A stretch of 64,000 nucleotides of DNA. Source: the human T2T-CHM13v2.0 reference genome, Homo sapiens. Positions 16,478 through 30,904 of this stretch are shown in pieces; the stretch's first letter is position 1; each line of letters opens with the position of its first letter. Below the pieces are notes generated by a model. It ran no database searches and was not told where the DNA came from. It worked only from the letters and a program-made list of their open reading frames with translations. The translations under genes and the position numbers were made by a program. The DNA lies in the NCBI RefSeq assembly GCF_009914755.1, contig NC_060939.1. One strand, given 5' to 3'.

Positions 16478-19400
16478 TAAGTTAGAGCGCTGTTAGCTTC
16501 CTTTTCTCTGTCCTGTAATTTTCTCTCAATTTCCCACTTTTCCATATTGATCTTATAAACATCAGCAATCTGTGCTTGTCTGCTAAACTTTTTGTCACTC
16601 TGTCCTAATGGCCAGTGTCCGGCCCTTCAGAGATATAAGTATATTCACTGGCACGCACAGTAGACCTCGAGAAATACCTTTTGATTGGCTGAAAGAGTTT
16701 ATCTTCATTTAAACACATTAAAACTTTTAGATCTTGTTGTCAGATATTAGAAGTCATAGAGATTCTACCTGTGATTAGTGTGTCAAGCCTTAGTTCTTTA
16801 CTTATTTCCGCTGAACCCAGAGAGTGAAATGTCTGAGATGTTCTATCCTGTTTCTATCCACCCCGTGGTTTAGTTTTCCAAAGTACAGGAGGGTGAATAT
16901 GTGACAATTACACATAAGTAACTCCTCCCCATAGCAAGGTAATTTTGTGGAAAAAAATAAAAGAGGGAGGAGTTTCAAAATTCATCTTCAATCCTTGATC
17001 AGTCGCCAGTTTCATCAGTTTATCCTGCAAAGTTGTAATGAACTTTAAATTGTCCATATATTTTGATGAAAGAAATGCATTCCAGCCATCTAGATTGCTT
17101 ATATGTACATTTTCTTCAGATGAAAAATAAAATTCAAATTTATAAGAAAATAAGGATAGGGATTGCTATGAGAGGTAGAATATATATAATTAATTATTAG
17201 TTCAGTGCTAGTTTCTTTTAAAAACTGAGAGACTAGTACTTACTTTCTTAAATAAAGTAAGTTTCATCTCTTTCTGAAATTACTAGCGGCCTCTAAAAAA
17301 GTATGATCAGACATTCTAGAGTTTGGGATAGTTGTCACTATGGAAAAGAAACAGAGTATATACCCTTATGCCTCTTGGCTTTTGAGACTTTGAAGATAGG
17401 AGTATTGATAGATGGGAAAGGTCAAGAATCTTGTTGCTGTATCAGATACAAAGGCAAAAATCACCATGGAGATAATGACAGTCTATAAGACACAGAGCCA
17501 GGCTGACTAGCCTGTAATAAAAGAGTTGGAGGTATTCAATCCCTGATCTATTAGGATATGAATCTAAAGAGGATTTTTTTATATCCTTTAGAAAAATTGC
17601 ACAATATTATGACTTTGTTGGTTTTCCATTCACCTAAATGGCAACTACTCTCTGGCTCACCTATCTTAAGACTCTTAGGGCCTTTCCTACGGTTCAGAGA
17701 GATTTAGATTAAAAATCACCTCAAGGTGATAGTCTGTAACTGCAGGAAAAAAAAATGAAAACCTACTTTTGGACCTTGGTGTGTCAAGAATGACTTTTAG
17801 TTTTCTCTGAAAATAGTTATTCTCAGTAAATCTGAAAGACCCAGCTTAGAGCTGGCTTGGACCTGAAAGTTAGTAACAGATTGGACAAACATAACATTTC
17901 CTAATGGGATATATAAATTCCAGTTGGAGGATGCTCCTCTTGGAATTGGGGAGTAAGAAGGCTAAGGGGACCACGTATTTCCCACAAGAGGGAAGAAGCC
18001 ACACTTTCAAAAGCACAGCCTTGACCTAAGGAGAACCAATGCTGATAGCTTTTAGAGCTATTAGCAAGACAATTACTATGTGATTAAAGAGCAACAGAGG
18101 GATAAGAAAAAAACCATGAATGTATAATATAATTCATTTTTCATATTCCAGCCATGAATACAACAGAGATGAATGGATAAGATTGCTACATTGTAATGTA
18201 GTTTGTTTTATAATTATTCACCACGTTGTGTTAACATATTCCCAATACTGTGATGTAACAACAGGGTAGATATGTGTAATCTCTATTCACCCACAAATTA
18301 GAACGCCTCTCTCAATTGTAAAATGATGCCTTAGATTATGCAATATCTCTCTTCCTATTTACCTATCCTGATTTTTGAGTTGATTTGCTTTAGAAGAGTT
18401 CTTTGCTTCTCTCCTGCCTTTATTATCTCTGGTATATTAATTTGGGAGAACTTTACTTCCCTATTTCCTTGTCTCCAATATATCTTTAGATACTCTGCTC
18501 TATTTCTATTATGCTGTTAAAGTCCCAGATTTGGTGCCATGTTTTAAGAGGATGCCAGGGTGCTCACTGTGGGGACAACTGTGAGCCGTGGTACCTGAGT
18601 ATGTTTATAGAAGGGTGAAAGGAAAAAGGAGACTCAGAAGAAATGGGATTTGCATTTGCATTTTCTTTCAGAAGTTGAAGTTGACAGCAATGATGAGCAG
18701 TTAAGGACATGGGCTGACTACTCTGTAGGGCCAATCATCATCAAATAGTCTCCAGACTATTTTGACAATGTGCCACTAATCAATAAGATATATTTGTATG
18801 TGTTCTTACCAGATTAGTTTATACATTTAAAAAAGTGTATATGCATTACTGTACTAATATATTATGCACCTAAGAAAGCATGTAAAAAATGAAGAGTTTT
18901 AAATTAGGAAAAAAAGATGAAATAAATAATAGTTTATATCTACCTAATTGTTACATCTTTATGCTATTTATAGCTTAGGGCACACTAGAATTTTGTTGTG
19001 GAGTTTACCATTAGATGTAGTTATAAATAGTCTTTTTGGTAATTTTGAGAAATTTTGATTAACTTTCTAGATCTGATTAGATTATTTTAACAAAAATGAG
19101 AATTACCGAGAAAGACCTAATATTAAGGGTAGGGGTAGGCTATGTCCATTCTGCCATTTTATGGTCATTTTGATTGCAATTTAATTTTATCATCAATAGA
19201 TGGCTTCTAAGAAGATTTTTCTTTAAAAAGTAATTGTCTAGTTTGTGAGGTTTAGTTTAATTTAGGTAATACAATCTGTAAATGAAAGTAAGCTTCTGTA
19301 AACTTAAATACCTTGCCGGAAGCTAAAAGCAAAAGAAAAAGGAGGGGAGCTAGCTGTTCCCACTTCTCCCTTTGGAGACCTCTCCCATGCAACAATCGAT

Positions 19401-20619
19401 GCTTAACTAACATATAAAAACCGTAGATGCAGAATATAATGTGTTTTTCATACTCCAGCCCTGGAATACGACAGTGATGAGTGGATAAGATTGCTGTACC
19501 ATCATCTAGTTTGTTTTATAATTACCCACCACATTAGGCTGACATCAAGACAGCCATGCCAATCCCCATATTAAATAGTAGACAACTTAATTTCTTTCTT
19601 ACTATCTAGATAATAATCATTTTAAGGAGAAATTCTAATATTTTCTGCCTGTGGTCAGTTGATCACCCTGCCCCTCCCCTGGAGCACCTCCCACCCCTTC
19701 TGTTCCACCTCCTGCTCTTCCCCACCTTGATGACCACTAGGCTGGAAAATAAAAAATGCCCCTCGAGAGGGAGGAACAGAAATGGGCAGATTCATTTTTC
19801 CCTGCCTCTCGTAAAAGTAAGCAAGGGCCCTTTTAGTTTCTTTTTTTATTTAGTTCCCTGTGGTCTGCTTCTTCCTCTGATGTGCACAGCCACACACCTT
19901 TTTGAATTCTCTCCCAGCTCTGGTCTAAAGTAATTTTGGTGCTGAAGGGCAGAGGGAGGGAAGCTGTGCGCTTAGAGTGGCCATGTAATACACAACGGCT
20001 GATCTCTTCTGACATTTATCTCCGCTCGTGAGAGGAGATGGAACAGCTCACTCATGAAGATGAATGTCATACAAGAGCTCTGCCATCATGCATCCTTCCA
20101 TGGGATCTCAAGAGAGAGATCTGGTATTATATAGAATATTAGAAATGCTGCAGACACAGGGAAGTCTGGCAACTTCACTGCTCTGCCTTATTAGATCCTG
20201 TTAAATGAAATGATACACCCTTGTTAAACAGAGCCATTGTCATTATAAGATTATCTAATCCATTCTCCATCATGGCATTTGCTTATTTTATGCACCCTGC
20301 TGAAAAGAAACAATGACTTTCCAGCATATTTTTAAGTACAAATGGAAATAACCTGAGTTCGTAACTATGCCTTTGTGTACTTGCTCCTTGCTTCATTGAA
20401 GTCTTTATGATTATAAAAGTGCAGATCCTTCCAAAGATAAATGGTTCAGGCAATGGAAAGGCAAACAAAAAGCCTTTTAGCTGTGAAGTTGCTGGATGTA
20501 CCCAGCCCAGGTCATTTTTGACCCCAGATGACCAATAGGATCCAGCTAATCTTCAAGATCACTCCTGATTTTCACCAGGCTGCTTCTCCATCTAGATGAA
20601 CAGATTGAGGAGAGGAAGT

Positions 20620-20830
20620 TCTTTGACTCAAACTTCCACCACTCATTAATGGCGTGACCTTGGGCAAATTATACCAACTTCTTTCAGATTCTTCATCTTA
20701 AAATGGGATAATAATGGTATCTACCTAATAGAAGTGTTCTGAAGATAAAATAACATGAGATAAAACACGTGTAAAGGTTAGAACAGTGTCTAGTGCATAG
20801 TAGGTGTTCAATGAATGCTAGCAATTATTT
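20620..20830 (+). mobile_element. MIR
   Basis: 'gtgaccttgggcaa.tt', 'catcttaaaatgggataataatggtatctacc'. Confidence 0.8.
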
Positions 20831-22047
20831 TTAATAATTAGTAAAAACATCTTAGTGGCATCAAATACCAATGATATAAAAGTCATAGTATATGGATCAT
20901 TTTATTAGCTCTCATCTTGATTATTTTACATTTTTTTCTATTATTTTAGACTGTAAGTTCATAGGCAGCTCTGATTTATGAAGATCAAAACTTCAGATTC
21001 TTACTTGCTACCTTGGGCATAAGACATCTTGTCCTTTTTAACCCATTCCTAAGAAGCAGATGATATAATAAAAAAATTTTAGTTTCTGAGCTAAGCCTAC
21101 AACTGGGGTTGAATCCTGTTTACTATACTTGTTGTGTGGAATTGCTCTAGACACTTAACCTCTGTGAGCCTTAATTCCCATGTGTAGAATGTGTGTAATA
21201 ATACTCACCTTGAAAGGATGTCATTAGAATTGGAGATAATACATTGAACAACCTAATTATTACTCCTGGAGTCTTGGGTCCGTGTATTATACAAACTTTA
21301 ACTGAACAGCTGCTATGTCCAGGCAAGGTGGGAAGCATAAAGATAAACAGATGAATAAGCATGGTCCTTGCCATAAAGTATTGGCCATGAGAATAGGAGT
21401 GATAAGGGGGCTATCAGGGCAGGCTTCCTGAAAGAGGAAACACTTGAGTTAAATCTTGAGGAGTGAAGAAGACTTAGCTAAATAAGGAAGATGGAAAGGG
21501 CTTTCCATACAAAGCAAGAACATGGGAACAATTTAACATAGGAAGGATGAACATTGCTTCTTGCAAACATCACTCGATATGTCCACATCATAACTGGGAA
21601 ACGAAAAGAACTTGTTGATGGGATCTCAGTTTATCATGGATGAACTGAACTGTAGCAAGCCAGGTGTTTCACTTTAGAGATTTATCAAACATTTGGCTTT
21701 GAAGGTCCTGGGAAAGTTTAAAGGCCTCTGCAGAGGAAGGTGTGCTGGAAGCAGAGTCATCTCCTGGACAACTCCTGCTACAAGGTGGCTGCCAGGAGAG
21801 TCCAGTGGGGATGCCTGACATTTGCTTTAGGTTCAGCCAGAGTTTAGACCCCAGACAAGGGTTGTAACTGAATTTCTTTTAGCTGAAAGTCATTCTAAAT
21901 AAGGTGTTTATAATAAGATTTTTTTTTTTTTTTTTTGGAATTCCAGCAGTGTGCAACCATCCTGGAGAAGGCTGACTTGTTGGTGGGGAGCCTTTAGTCT
22001 TGCTCGGGAGAATCTAATATCACCAAGCTATGGGGGGTAGCATGTTA

Positions 22048-22115
22048 GGAGAGAGAGAGAGAGTGTGTGTGTGTGCATGTGTGTGTGTGTATGTGTGTGT
22101 GTGTGTGTGTGTATG
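22048..22115. repeat. (GA)n-(GT)n compound microsatellite
   Basis: Seen directly. Confidence 0.9.
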
Positions 22116-24362
22116 TTGGTGGTGTGAGAAGACAGATTTGACATAGTCAGAACTACCATTTGAATTCCTTACACTTCCCTTAAATCTTGAGCCCATGGAA
22201 GCTCAAGAGCTAAGGATTAGCCCATTTTATTTCTCTTTCCATTTCACTGCAGCTGTTTTTTCCTTGGAGTCCAGGTTTTGTCTGAATGAGGGAAAGAACA
22301 TAGAGATAAATACATGGATTTTATTTTTTCTCTCTCTTTCTTGCTGTCTCCTGTGGTTGAATGTGGTGAGGTTGAGTTTGCATAGGCTAAATGTGCTTGT
22401 GATGTGACTTTAGTGTACTAATAGTGCAGTGGGGAACCTAAAAAGAAGCAAGGCCCATGCCAAATAAGACCAACCCTACTGGCCCTTCGGGACACCTATT
22501 ATTTTTGAGTCAAGATACAGGCTCTGTCTCCACCATTTGTAGGTGAAGAACTGGGGACAGTGAGGCACAAGGTGCGTGTTTCCATCTGCCTTTACATTCA
22601 TGAATACATGCACATCTGTGTGTGCACTCACACATATGTGCTTACAAGTGAAGCACTCTTCCACGCTTTGATTGGTTATCCCTGGATCATTTTATTTCAA
22701 CTGCTGTTTCCCGTAAAGAGGAGTAATTGACTAGCATTTGTTGTTCAGCAAGGTGTAAACTGAGTGTATGTTTGCACGGAGGCTTTACAAGGGAAATCAG
22801 AAAGCAAATAAGAGGTAGAGCATATGTAACTTGCATGCTTTCCGAGCTACCATCTGCTTCTTTACATACTTTCTAATAACCAGAGTCATAGCTTTTGGAG
22901 AAGCTTCAGAACTTTGGGGCAATCTGGCAAAGTAGACCTAATTAGCCATTGCGATCCATATCACACCATGTGGGAAGACACTATTTTAAAATTTCTATTT
23001 CTGTGGGCATAAAGGAAACGGATTCTATTAATACAATGCCAAAAACCTGGGTGTGACAGCCACTTGGGGCTTATGTTGTTACAGGGTACCCTCCTTTCCC
23101 TAGCATGACCAAGGCTCCAGATTGCCATGTTGGCAGAAGCTGAGGGAAGGAAGATAAAGGTATCAGGCCATAGTCAGTGGGCTACCAGCTTCCCTTAATC
23201 CCATTCCGAGGTGTATAAATATTGAAAAGCCACAAAACCATGAGAAATAAAAAAACAGATTTTCTATGATTTTCTATCTCTTTCTTCCATGCTTACTTTT
23301 TGCTTAGGTAGGGAGTGGCATGAAAGTAGCAAAAAGGTAGAAAAGAATAACCCATGTTTGTTATATTTTTCAAGAACACACAAGAATAATTACCTACTAT
23401 TTCTTCCCTTCCCCTTCCCTTTCCCCCAGTAAAACCAAAAGCACAATGGACTAGTAAGCCAACGTTCTAAATGTTCAAAGGTGGAATTACATCTTGGTGT
23501 CCGGGTGTATTTTGCATTATAATGCAGCCTTGATGATAACATTTCTCAGGAAAGCCTGTGCAGCTGTCTCAGCATCAGTTGGCAGCGTGTGGGGAAAATA
23601 TTGCTCGGAATGGACTTCTGGGTGCAATTTTCTTTGATACTGTTCTCTGAAGTATCAAAATTGGTTCTTCATCTTTGACAAAGGAAAATGTGCACTCTCA
23701 AGCCTTACGAAGCTGAACCACATTTGAGGTGACAAATATATTCCTTTGGGAAGAAAGTATTGTACAGTGGAAAGAACAAAGCCTTTGCAGCCAGAGAGAT
23801 CTGGGTCTCAGTCTTGTATCTACCATTTAGCTTTGAGCCCTTTGGCAAATTAACTTTTCTAAGCTTTTGTTTCATCATCCACATGATGGGTTGCTGCAAT
23901 AATAACATAAGATGACATATGTTAAATGTTGAATTGGAACTCCATATATCATGTGATTGCTAATAAATCTACTTGGCAGGTGGAGCGGAAAGGAAGGAGT
24001 TGAATCCTATGTGGTCTGGGGAGAGATAGGGATTGGGGGAACCCAAATTTGGGTGATAAAGTTTATGTCTCCAATTGAAACCCAAGAAAAACAGAACTGT
24101 TCAGATTTTCCTCGATGTTCTAGCTCAGTGACTATATAGCCCTCATTTTCAGACAGCAAGGAAAGGTCGGTAGCATATACGGCACAATTGGGAGGCAGAT
24201 GGGCCAGGCTACATGTTGCTGAACTGACTCATGAACTGGCAGTAAGTTTACTTGTACATTTCCCTTTTCTCAGTTTCACCCACAGAAATGTTTCAAGTGA
24301 AGGCCATTGTGCCAGGACAGTATATAACGCACAAGATTTATAGCATCTAGGACCCTAAATGA

Positions 24363-24581
<219 letters not shown>

Positions 24582-25884
24582 TAGCATCACTCCAGCAGGA
24601 CTGAAGGGGCTCTCTGAGGTTTTCCTGGGAACATTTTGGAGACCCTGACATCCTGATGGGGTGCAGAGGGGAATGTAGGGGAACTACAGCCTTCCTAAAG
24701 GAGCCAGGTTTTGTTGTTACTGACTTGGTGCTTTCTAATTGTCCCATCTCCTTCCCTGGACAGAGCACAAGGCTGAGCCTTGATCAGTGACATTCCAAAG
24801 GCCCAAGTGGTCTGCAAGTTGGGGCAGGACATGGGGGCATTTCTTAAGAGACTCTGTCTTTAAAAAGTCAAGTTAAGTATGAAGTAGGTTGGAGTTGTAT
24901 GGGGAGCAACACCATACAAGTAAGCTGAGATGCAAATCTGAAGAAAATTCAGTCATTCAGAGGAATGGAGAAAGCAGGAAGGTAGATCTTGGGAAACTTC
25001 TGAGTCTGTGTGCAAGTAGCCACGCCAACATCTCCAGTGGTTCCAATGACCATGAGCTGGAGGTGGCTAGAAGGATCCAGGGTGGAAGAGAAAAGTGTAA
25101 GAATAAAACACTAGATCATTGCAACAGACAGCCACAATCTTTTTATGAGGGAGAGTAGAAGAAGTCAGTGCAGACTCACAGTTAGCATTCCTGTGTACCA
25201 TAAGGCCCTGCAAAAAGTTCACAAGACAATTGTGAGAAAATGGACTGCTTAAACCATGCAGCTTTCTGTCATTTGAAAAAGCTGGCAAACTAACCCTTAC
25301 TGCTACCATTTCGTGGATATCCTGAGGATAAATGAACTCCAGTATCTTCTATAAAGCACTTTCATCCTCTATGTTAATGTAAAATGTTATTAGCATATTT
25401 ATAATCATATGTGTGTATATGGGTATATGTATCACTTAGCCTGAAGGATGAGCATTTTCATTTTAAGGCTGTGATAAGGACTTGGAAAAGATAATAACCA
25501 AGAACATCTTTTCCTTCAAAAGGAATGTGCAGGTATAAATGTGAATTTTTCGCATAGAGAAGGCATATCTTGAACCACTTGGCTCACTGCTTCATGAAAG
25601 TGCATCTGTCCTCTTCTCCATATGTTGTCTTGCCTAAAGAGAGATTTTTACTGTTTTCCAGATTGCAAAAAATACACAACTAGTATTATTTGTGTATCAC
25701 ACTCAGAGAGCTCAAGAAGTTAATCCAAGTAATGTGCGTTGCAAGCTAGGCTGTAACAAGCCACATTTGTTATAAAACATGTTTTGTTGCCTTTAGGGAC
25801 ACAGAACAGGCAACATTCATCTCCCTTCAACAGCTGTTTTTATGGTCTTGCCTGTGAAACACTGCACATGAAAAGTCTACTGTG

Positions 25885-26206
25885 GGCTGGGCACAGTGGC
25901 TCACTCCTGTAATCCCAGCACTTTGGGAGGCCAAGATGAGAGGATTGCTTGAGCCCAGAGTTCGAGACCAGTCTGGGCAGCATGGTGAAACCACCATCTC
26001 TACAAAAAATACAAAAATTAGCCAGGCCTGGTGGCATGCACCCATAGACCCAGCTACTTGGGAGGCTGAGTTGGAGGATCACTTGGGCTCAGGAGGTTGA
26101 GGCTGCAGTGAGCCAGGATCACACAACTGCATTCCATCGTGGGCAACCAAGGGAGACCCTATCTAAAAAACAAAACCAAAAGCAGAAACCAGAAAAGAAA
26201 AAAAAA
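25885..26206 (+). mobile_element. AluJ
   Basis: 'ggattgcttgagcccag' and 'ggatcacttgggctcaggagg' J-type segments; TSD about aaaagtct. Confidence 0.92.
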
Positions 26207-29200
26207 GTCTGCTAGGGATGGGGATTCCTTTTAAAATACGTGTTATGTGTTTGCCTTTCCCATTGGGTAAGTGATCATGGATCTAGGACACTGTTCTTTT
26301 CGCTTGTTAGAATATCTTGGACTCTGATAAGGTTCCTGGTGGCCATTCATATAAAACATTAGAATGCAAAGGGGTTGGGTGAAGTTGTCTAATTCACCCT
26401 TAACGTTTATAGATGCAAGAACTGAGACCGGAAGTCCCACATTTAGCTAGCAGCCATGCAGGAACAGAACATCAGCCCTTGAGGTGTATTCCTGTGGTCT
26501 TTCTACTCCCCTGTAGAAAAGTGTAGAAGAAATTCAGAATTTCTGCCCTGGGGTCAGATTAGTGTCATTGCTTGCCATTACATTCACAAGCTGCTAAAAC
26601 ATGCAGTCGTTTTATGAGTCCATGTAGTCATCATTGTGTGATGATACAGACATCTCTAATGTTTGAATTCAAACCACCAGCCCACAGTTTTTATCTTTAA
26701 TGCTGAGTGCCGTGGATGTGGTTCAGCTGAGGGATAATATCTCTTTCCAAACATGGTCTAATTCTTACCCCAAGATGCTCCAATGGATTCTTGCTAGGTG
26801 CCTACACACTGATTCAAATTGTGTACCCCTTTCAACCTGGCCTTGACTTGATGGTACCTAGTTGTTTACCTTGTGCCTCTGGGCCTGCTTACCTTCTGGG
26901 CACAGTTTCAGATAAGAATACAGGGTCTAAAATTTGCAATTGATAAATAACTCTAAGAACCACTGGGTGGGGGGTCAATGAGGAGAAGATTTCATCTTAA
27001 AGGGAAACAAAACACACAAAAAAGAGGACCCCCCTCTCTCCACCAGTCACTAAGTTTCACTGAGAGGGAAAGAGAGGCCTTGTTAATTGATGCTTATTGG
27101 CTTGTTACTGTTAACAATATTAATAACTATTACTGTTACTATTAATTACAATAAGTTATAACTACTTATGACTTTTTATTGTTACTTTTGAGCCTACTGA
27201 CTGTGAATGTCTTCCTCCAGGGAAGTTTGTGGAGAGTTAATGAGAAAGAGGGATAACTTATTTCTCCTAAATGAACAAAACAGGGTTAGAAAGACAATTT
27301 GTTACTTAAAAGTGACAAATGTGTATTCTCAATTTTAGGTTTTACATTTCCAATAACTCATGGTCTTTGTCCTCTCTAGGTTTAAGACAATAATTGACTC
27401 TGTGACTTCTCTTAAAAAAAACTTCCTCCCATCATGGACAAAATGAGTACATTCTGTAATGCTAACCAGTCATTTTTGTTTTTGGACATGTCCTGAGGAG
27501 AAACGGTTTTTCTTCCAACAGATCAGTGATAAATTAAATGCGAATGATACCCCAAGGGGAGAATTAACTGTATGTTACTTGGGGGTTATGCTGAGGGGTA
27601 GAAAATACGTTTCCATGTGGAATTCATAATTTGCAAGTCTCCTATAATATGGATTACATTTAGTAATTACAGACATTTTTATAGCATAGGACTTGTATGT
27701 TGAATGTTTTTCAACGTGACTACAATTTTGAAACTCTCAAAATTTTTTTATTCTCTTATAATAAGGAAATTAGTATTTGGTTCTTTCAAATGGATATCTT
27801 CCAGATGCTTGCCAGCAAGTCTGTTGGATAATCGTTCGTTTTATAGCATTCAAATATAGCTAAAAGAAAGAAATATACTATTGTAATTCTGAAGCAAACA
27901 AAAAAGCTCTATTTTAATCAGCCGTATCAAGTTATCAGTAATTGTAATGATTGTTAAAGTGTTAGCAATAATCGTTACAGTATTAGAATTATGTTATAAA
28001 TAGCCCCTAGGTAGCCAGTAGTATTGGTTGAAAATGGGGCCCCAAGAGAGTTTCTGATGAATATTTTAGGAGGTAAAAAATTGGGATCTCACTGAGAACT
28101 TATAACTGTATGAAATGACAAGAGACAACAAAAGCGGTCATTAGCAGAGTCCATGTATTGGGGGAGCTTAAGGATCTTAAAGGATAGAGCAGAATTTTTA
28201 CCAGACACATATACCCACTGTGAAAGATGTGAATACTGTTATCTCCAGAGACAGGGGTGGGATGGGGAGGTGGGGGGAGGTGGAAGAAAGAGAGGGAAGA
28301 AAGAAGAAGAAAGAAAGAAAGAAAAGAAAAGGAATTAGAATGCCACATGCACAATATTTTATAAAAGACTCAGAATAAATGAAGAGTTTAAGAAGTGTCC
28401 AGTGGGAAATGTTGACTTACATGTGGCAGATCGAAGATGCAATGAGCAGGCCATAAATCAGCACTGTCAAGTAATCAGTAGACAGAGATCCATCCTTGTA
28501 TAGGCCAAACAAATGACAGACCCCAATAAAGGTTCTTGATGTTGAAGAGGCGAACATGGAAAGCCATTCTGAAGAAGCCAATATGTGCATGAATGGTACA
28601 GTCTTTGACAACAAGGACATCTGAATTCCAGGGTCTTGGGCACAAAGAAAGAAAGCTTTGAGGTCAGACAGGCCTAGATTTTAGTCTAGGTGTTGTGTTT
28701 CCTTGCTGTGTATCCACAGGCAAGCTATTTAACTTCTCTTAGCCTCGGTTTTCTCATCTGTAAAATTGGAAACAAAAAAGCAGTGACTACATAGGCTATT
28801 TCGAAGATTAAATAATTGCTAATTGGAAAGTTTTAGCAAAGTGTCTACATCTTGTAAGCAATACTAGATGGTAACCATTAAAGCATTTATTGTTTTTTAT
28901 GATGATGTGCGATTATTTTCTCTGTTGGACTGATTGGAAGATACCCGTTCCATAATTCATACTAAAATTAAAATAAAAAAAAAAAAACAAATGGAAGACC
29001 CCTCCTCAAAAATTACAAAGGCTACTGATGGTTTTCTTGGGGTAATTGATTATGATTATTTTTTTCTTACTCTTTTTTCCAAATCATCATAATATAGCTT
29101 TGCTTATTTTTAATGGACAAGGAATATTAAACCATCCTTTCTTTATAATTGACAAATCTGTGAGTAGATATCTAGAGACTAATCATTTCTCACATTTTTA

Positions 29201-30120
29201 AAGTTAAGTCCCTTTAACTTGGGGAGCATAATATTGGCAGACTGGGACAGTTTGAGGAAGCTCATCAGAACATGCCTGTAGCATATTCTTGTACCTTTTA
29301 TTTAGCTTAAGGGTGTTATTTGTTCTTCTCTTGTGATAAGAAGTCTTTGATTCTCTGATGAGTGTATTTAAGTGACAACTGAGATCTAGGCAGTAGACAA
29401 ATAAAGTAGGCCATCTCCTTAGGAGTGGGCTTTCTTCTAAATTAGGGGAACAGAGAGTGCAGCAGTTTAGGGGGTAACAATAGAAAATGAATGGTTTTTG
29501 AGTGCATAGTGCTTCTCACTTTATCAGTAGCCATCAGCAGGTTACCCTGCTGAGGTCAAGGAAGTCTTTTATCAAAGTTTTAAGGGAGTAGTTGATAAAG
29601 GAAAGGGAGACTGAGGACTCCTGTGGAGAGACACAGGATGAGGCTGCAGGCTAAGGTTATCAGCTTGATATTGTTCACAGACAGGATTTTCTTTTAAGAA
29701 GTCAGTCTCTCTGGGGGTTTCTACAATTGCCTTAAACTCATTCACATTTTTATAAAGAAACCCACCCCTGTGGCTTCCACAGGGCTGTAATTACAGTCAG
29801 TTGGCACATGCATTCAGAGGTCCTACTTTTCTCATCAATGATCCCCACAATATCCAATTAGGCATAACTTTTCTGGACCAGAGATGGGAGATCATTTTTA
29901 GGAGAACAGGACAAAACCATTTTTGCAAAAGGAAATCCAACAGAAATTTATACTTGGTTTACTTCTAGCAATCTTTTATATGACTGAAGTCAAAATAATC
30001 CCCTAAAAGTAGAAGTGTTAAATACTTGCTGGACCTGATGGCAGGTCCAGCAGGAGGGAGATTTCATTGAGGGGTGCAGGGAGATGGATCCATGAAAAAT
30101 TGCAGTTTACAGAAAATGAG

Positions 30121-30470
30121 TAATATGGTTTGGCTGTGTCCCCACCCAAATCTCATCTTGAATTTTAGGTCCCATAATTCTTACGTGTCGTGGGAATTAA
30201 TTGAGTCACGGGGGCAGGTCTTTCCCATGCTGTTCTCATGATAGTGAATAAGTCTCATGAGATCTGATCATTTTATAAAGAGGAATTCCCTTGCACATGC
30301 CCTCTTGCCTGCCACCATGTAAGACGTGCCTTTGCTGTTCTTTCACCTTCTGCCGTGATTGCGAGGCCTCTCCAGCCACGTGGAACTGTGAGTCGATTAA
30401 ACCTCTTTCCTTTACACATGACCCAGTCTCGGGTATGTCTTTATTAGCAGCATGAGAATGGACTAATACA
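30121..30470 (+). mobile_element. THE1 (THE1B-like) solo LTR
   Basis: Start t.atatggtttggctgtgtccccacccaaatctcatcttgaa, end ggactaataca; 5-bp TSD atgag / gtgag. Confidence 0.9.
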
Positions 30471-30904
30471 GTGAGCTTAAGCTAAGAGAATATTAGGCAT
30501 TTGTTGATTTGTAATATTATTGTGGAAAATGTAATAATAATAATAACAAATTAAAAGATAACCCATGAGAGAAGAAAACTTTCAGGCTTTGCCTCGTCCA
30601 ACATTTGCTGCTTGGGAGCCTGTCCAGCCAACACTATTTTGAAGGACAGTGCTCATGTGCCCTATGATACTTTTTGACTTTTTGTCTCTCATAGCTAATA
30701 CTGCTTGGTGGCTTCTATAGACCAACCTTCTGCCTAACCTGCTTCCGCATATCTGATTTATAAAATCTAGATTTTATTTTTTTTTAAAGTTTGATATCAG
30801 GCACCAAAGGGCTATGGCTTAATTGTAATATCACAGAATGACGACTACTGCTTTTTGTTTTTCATTTATTTGTTCCCCCTTCTCTCTTTTTTCTTTTTCT
30901 TTTT

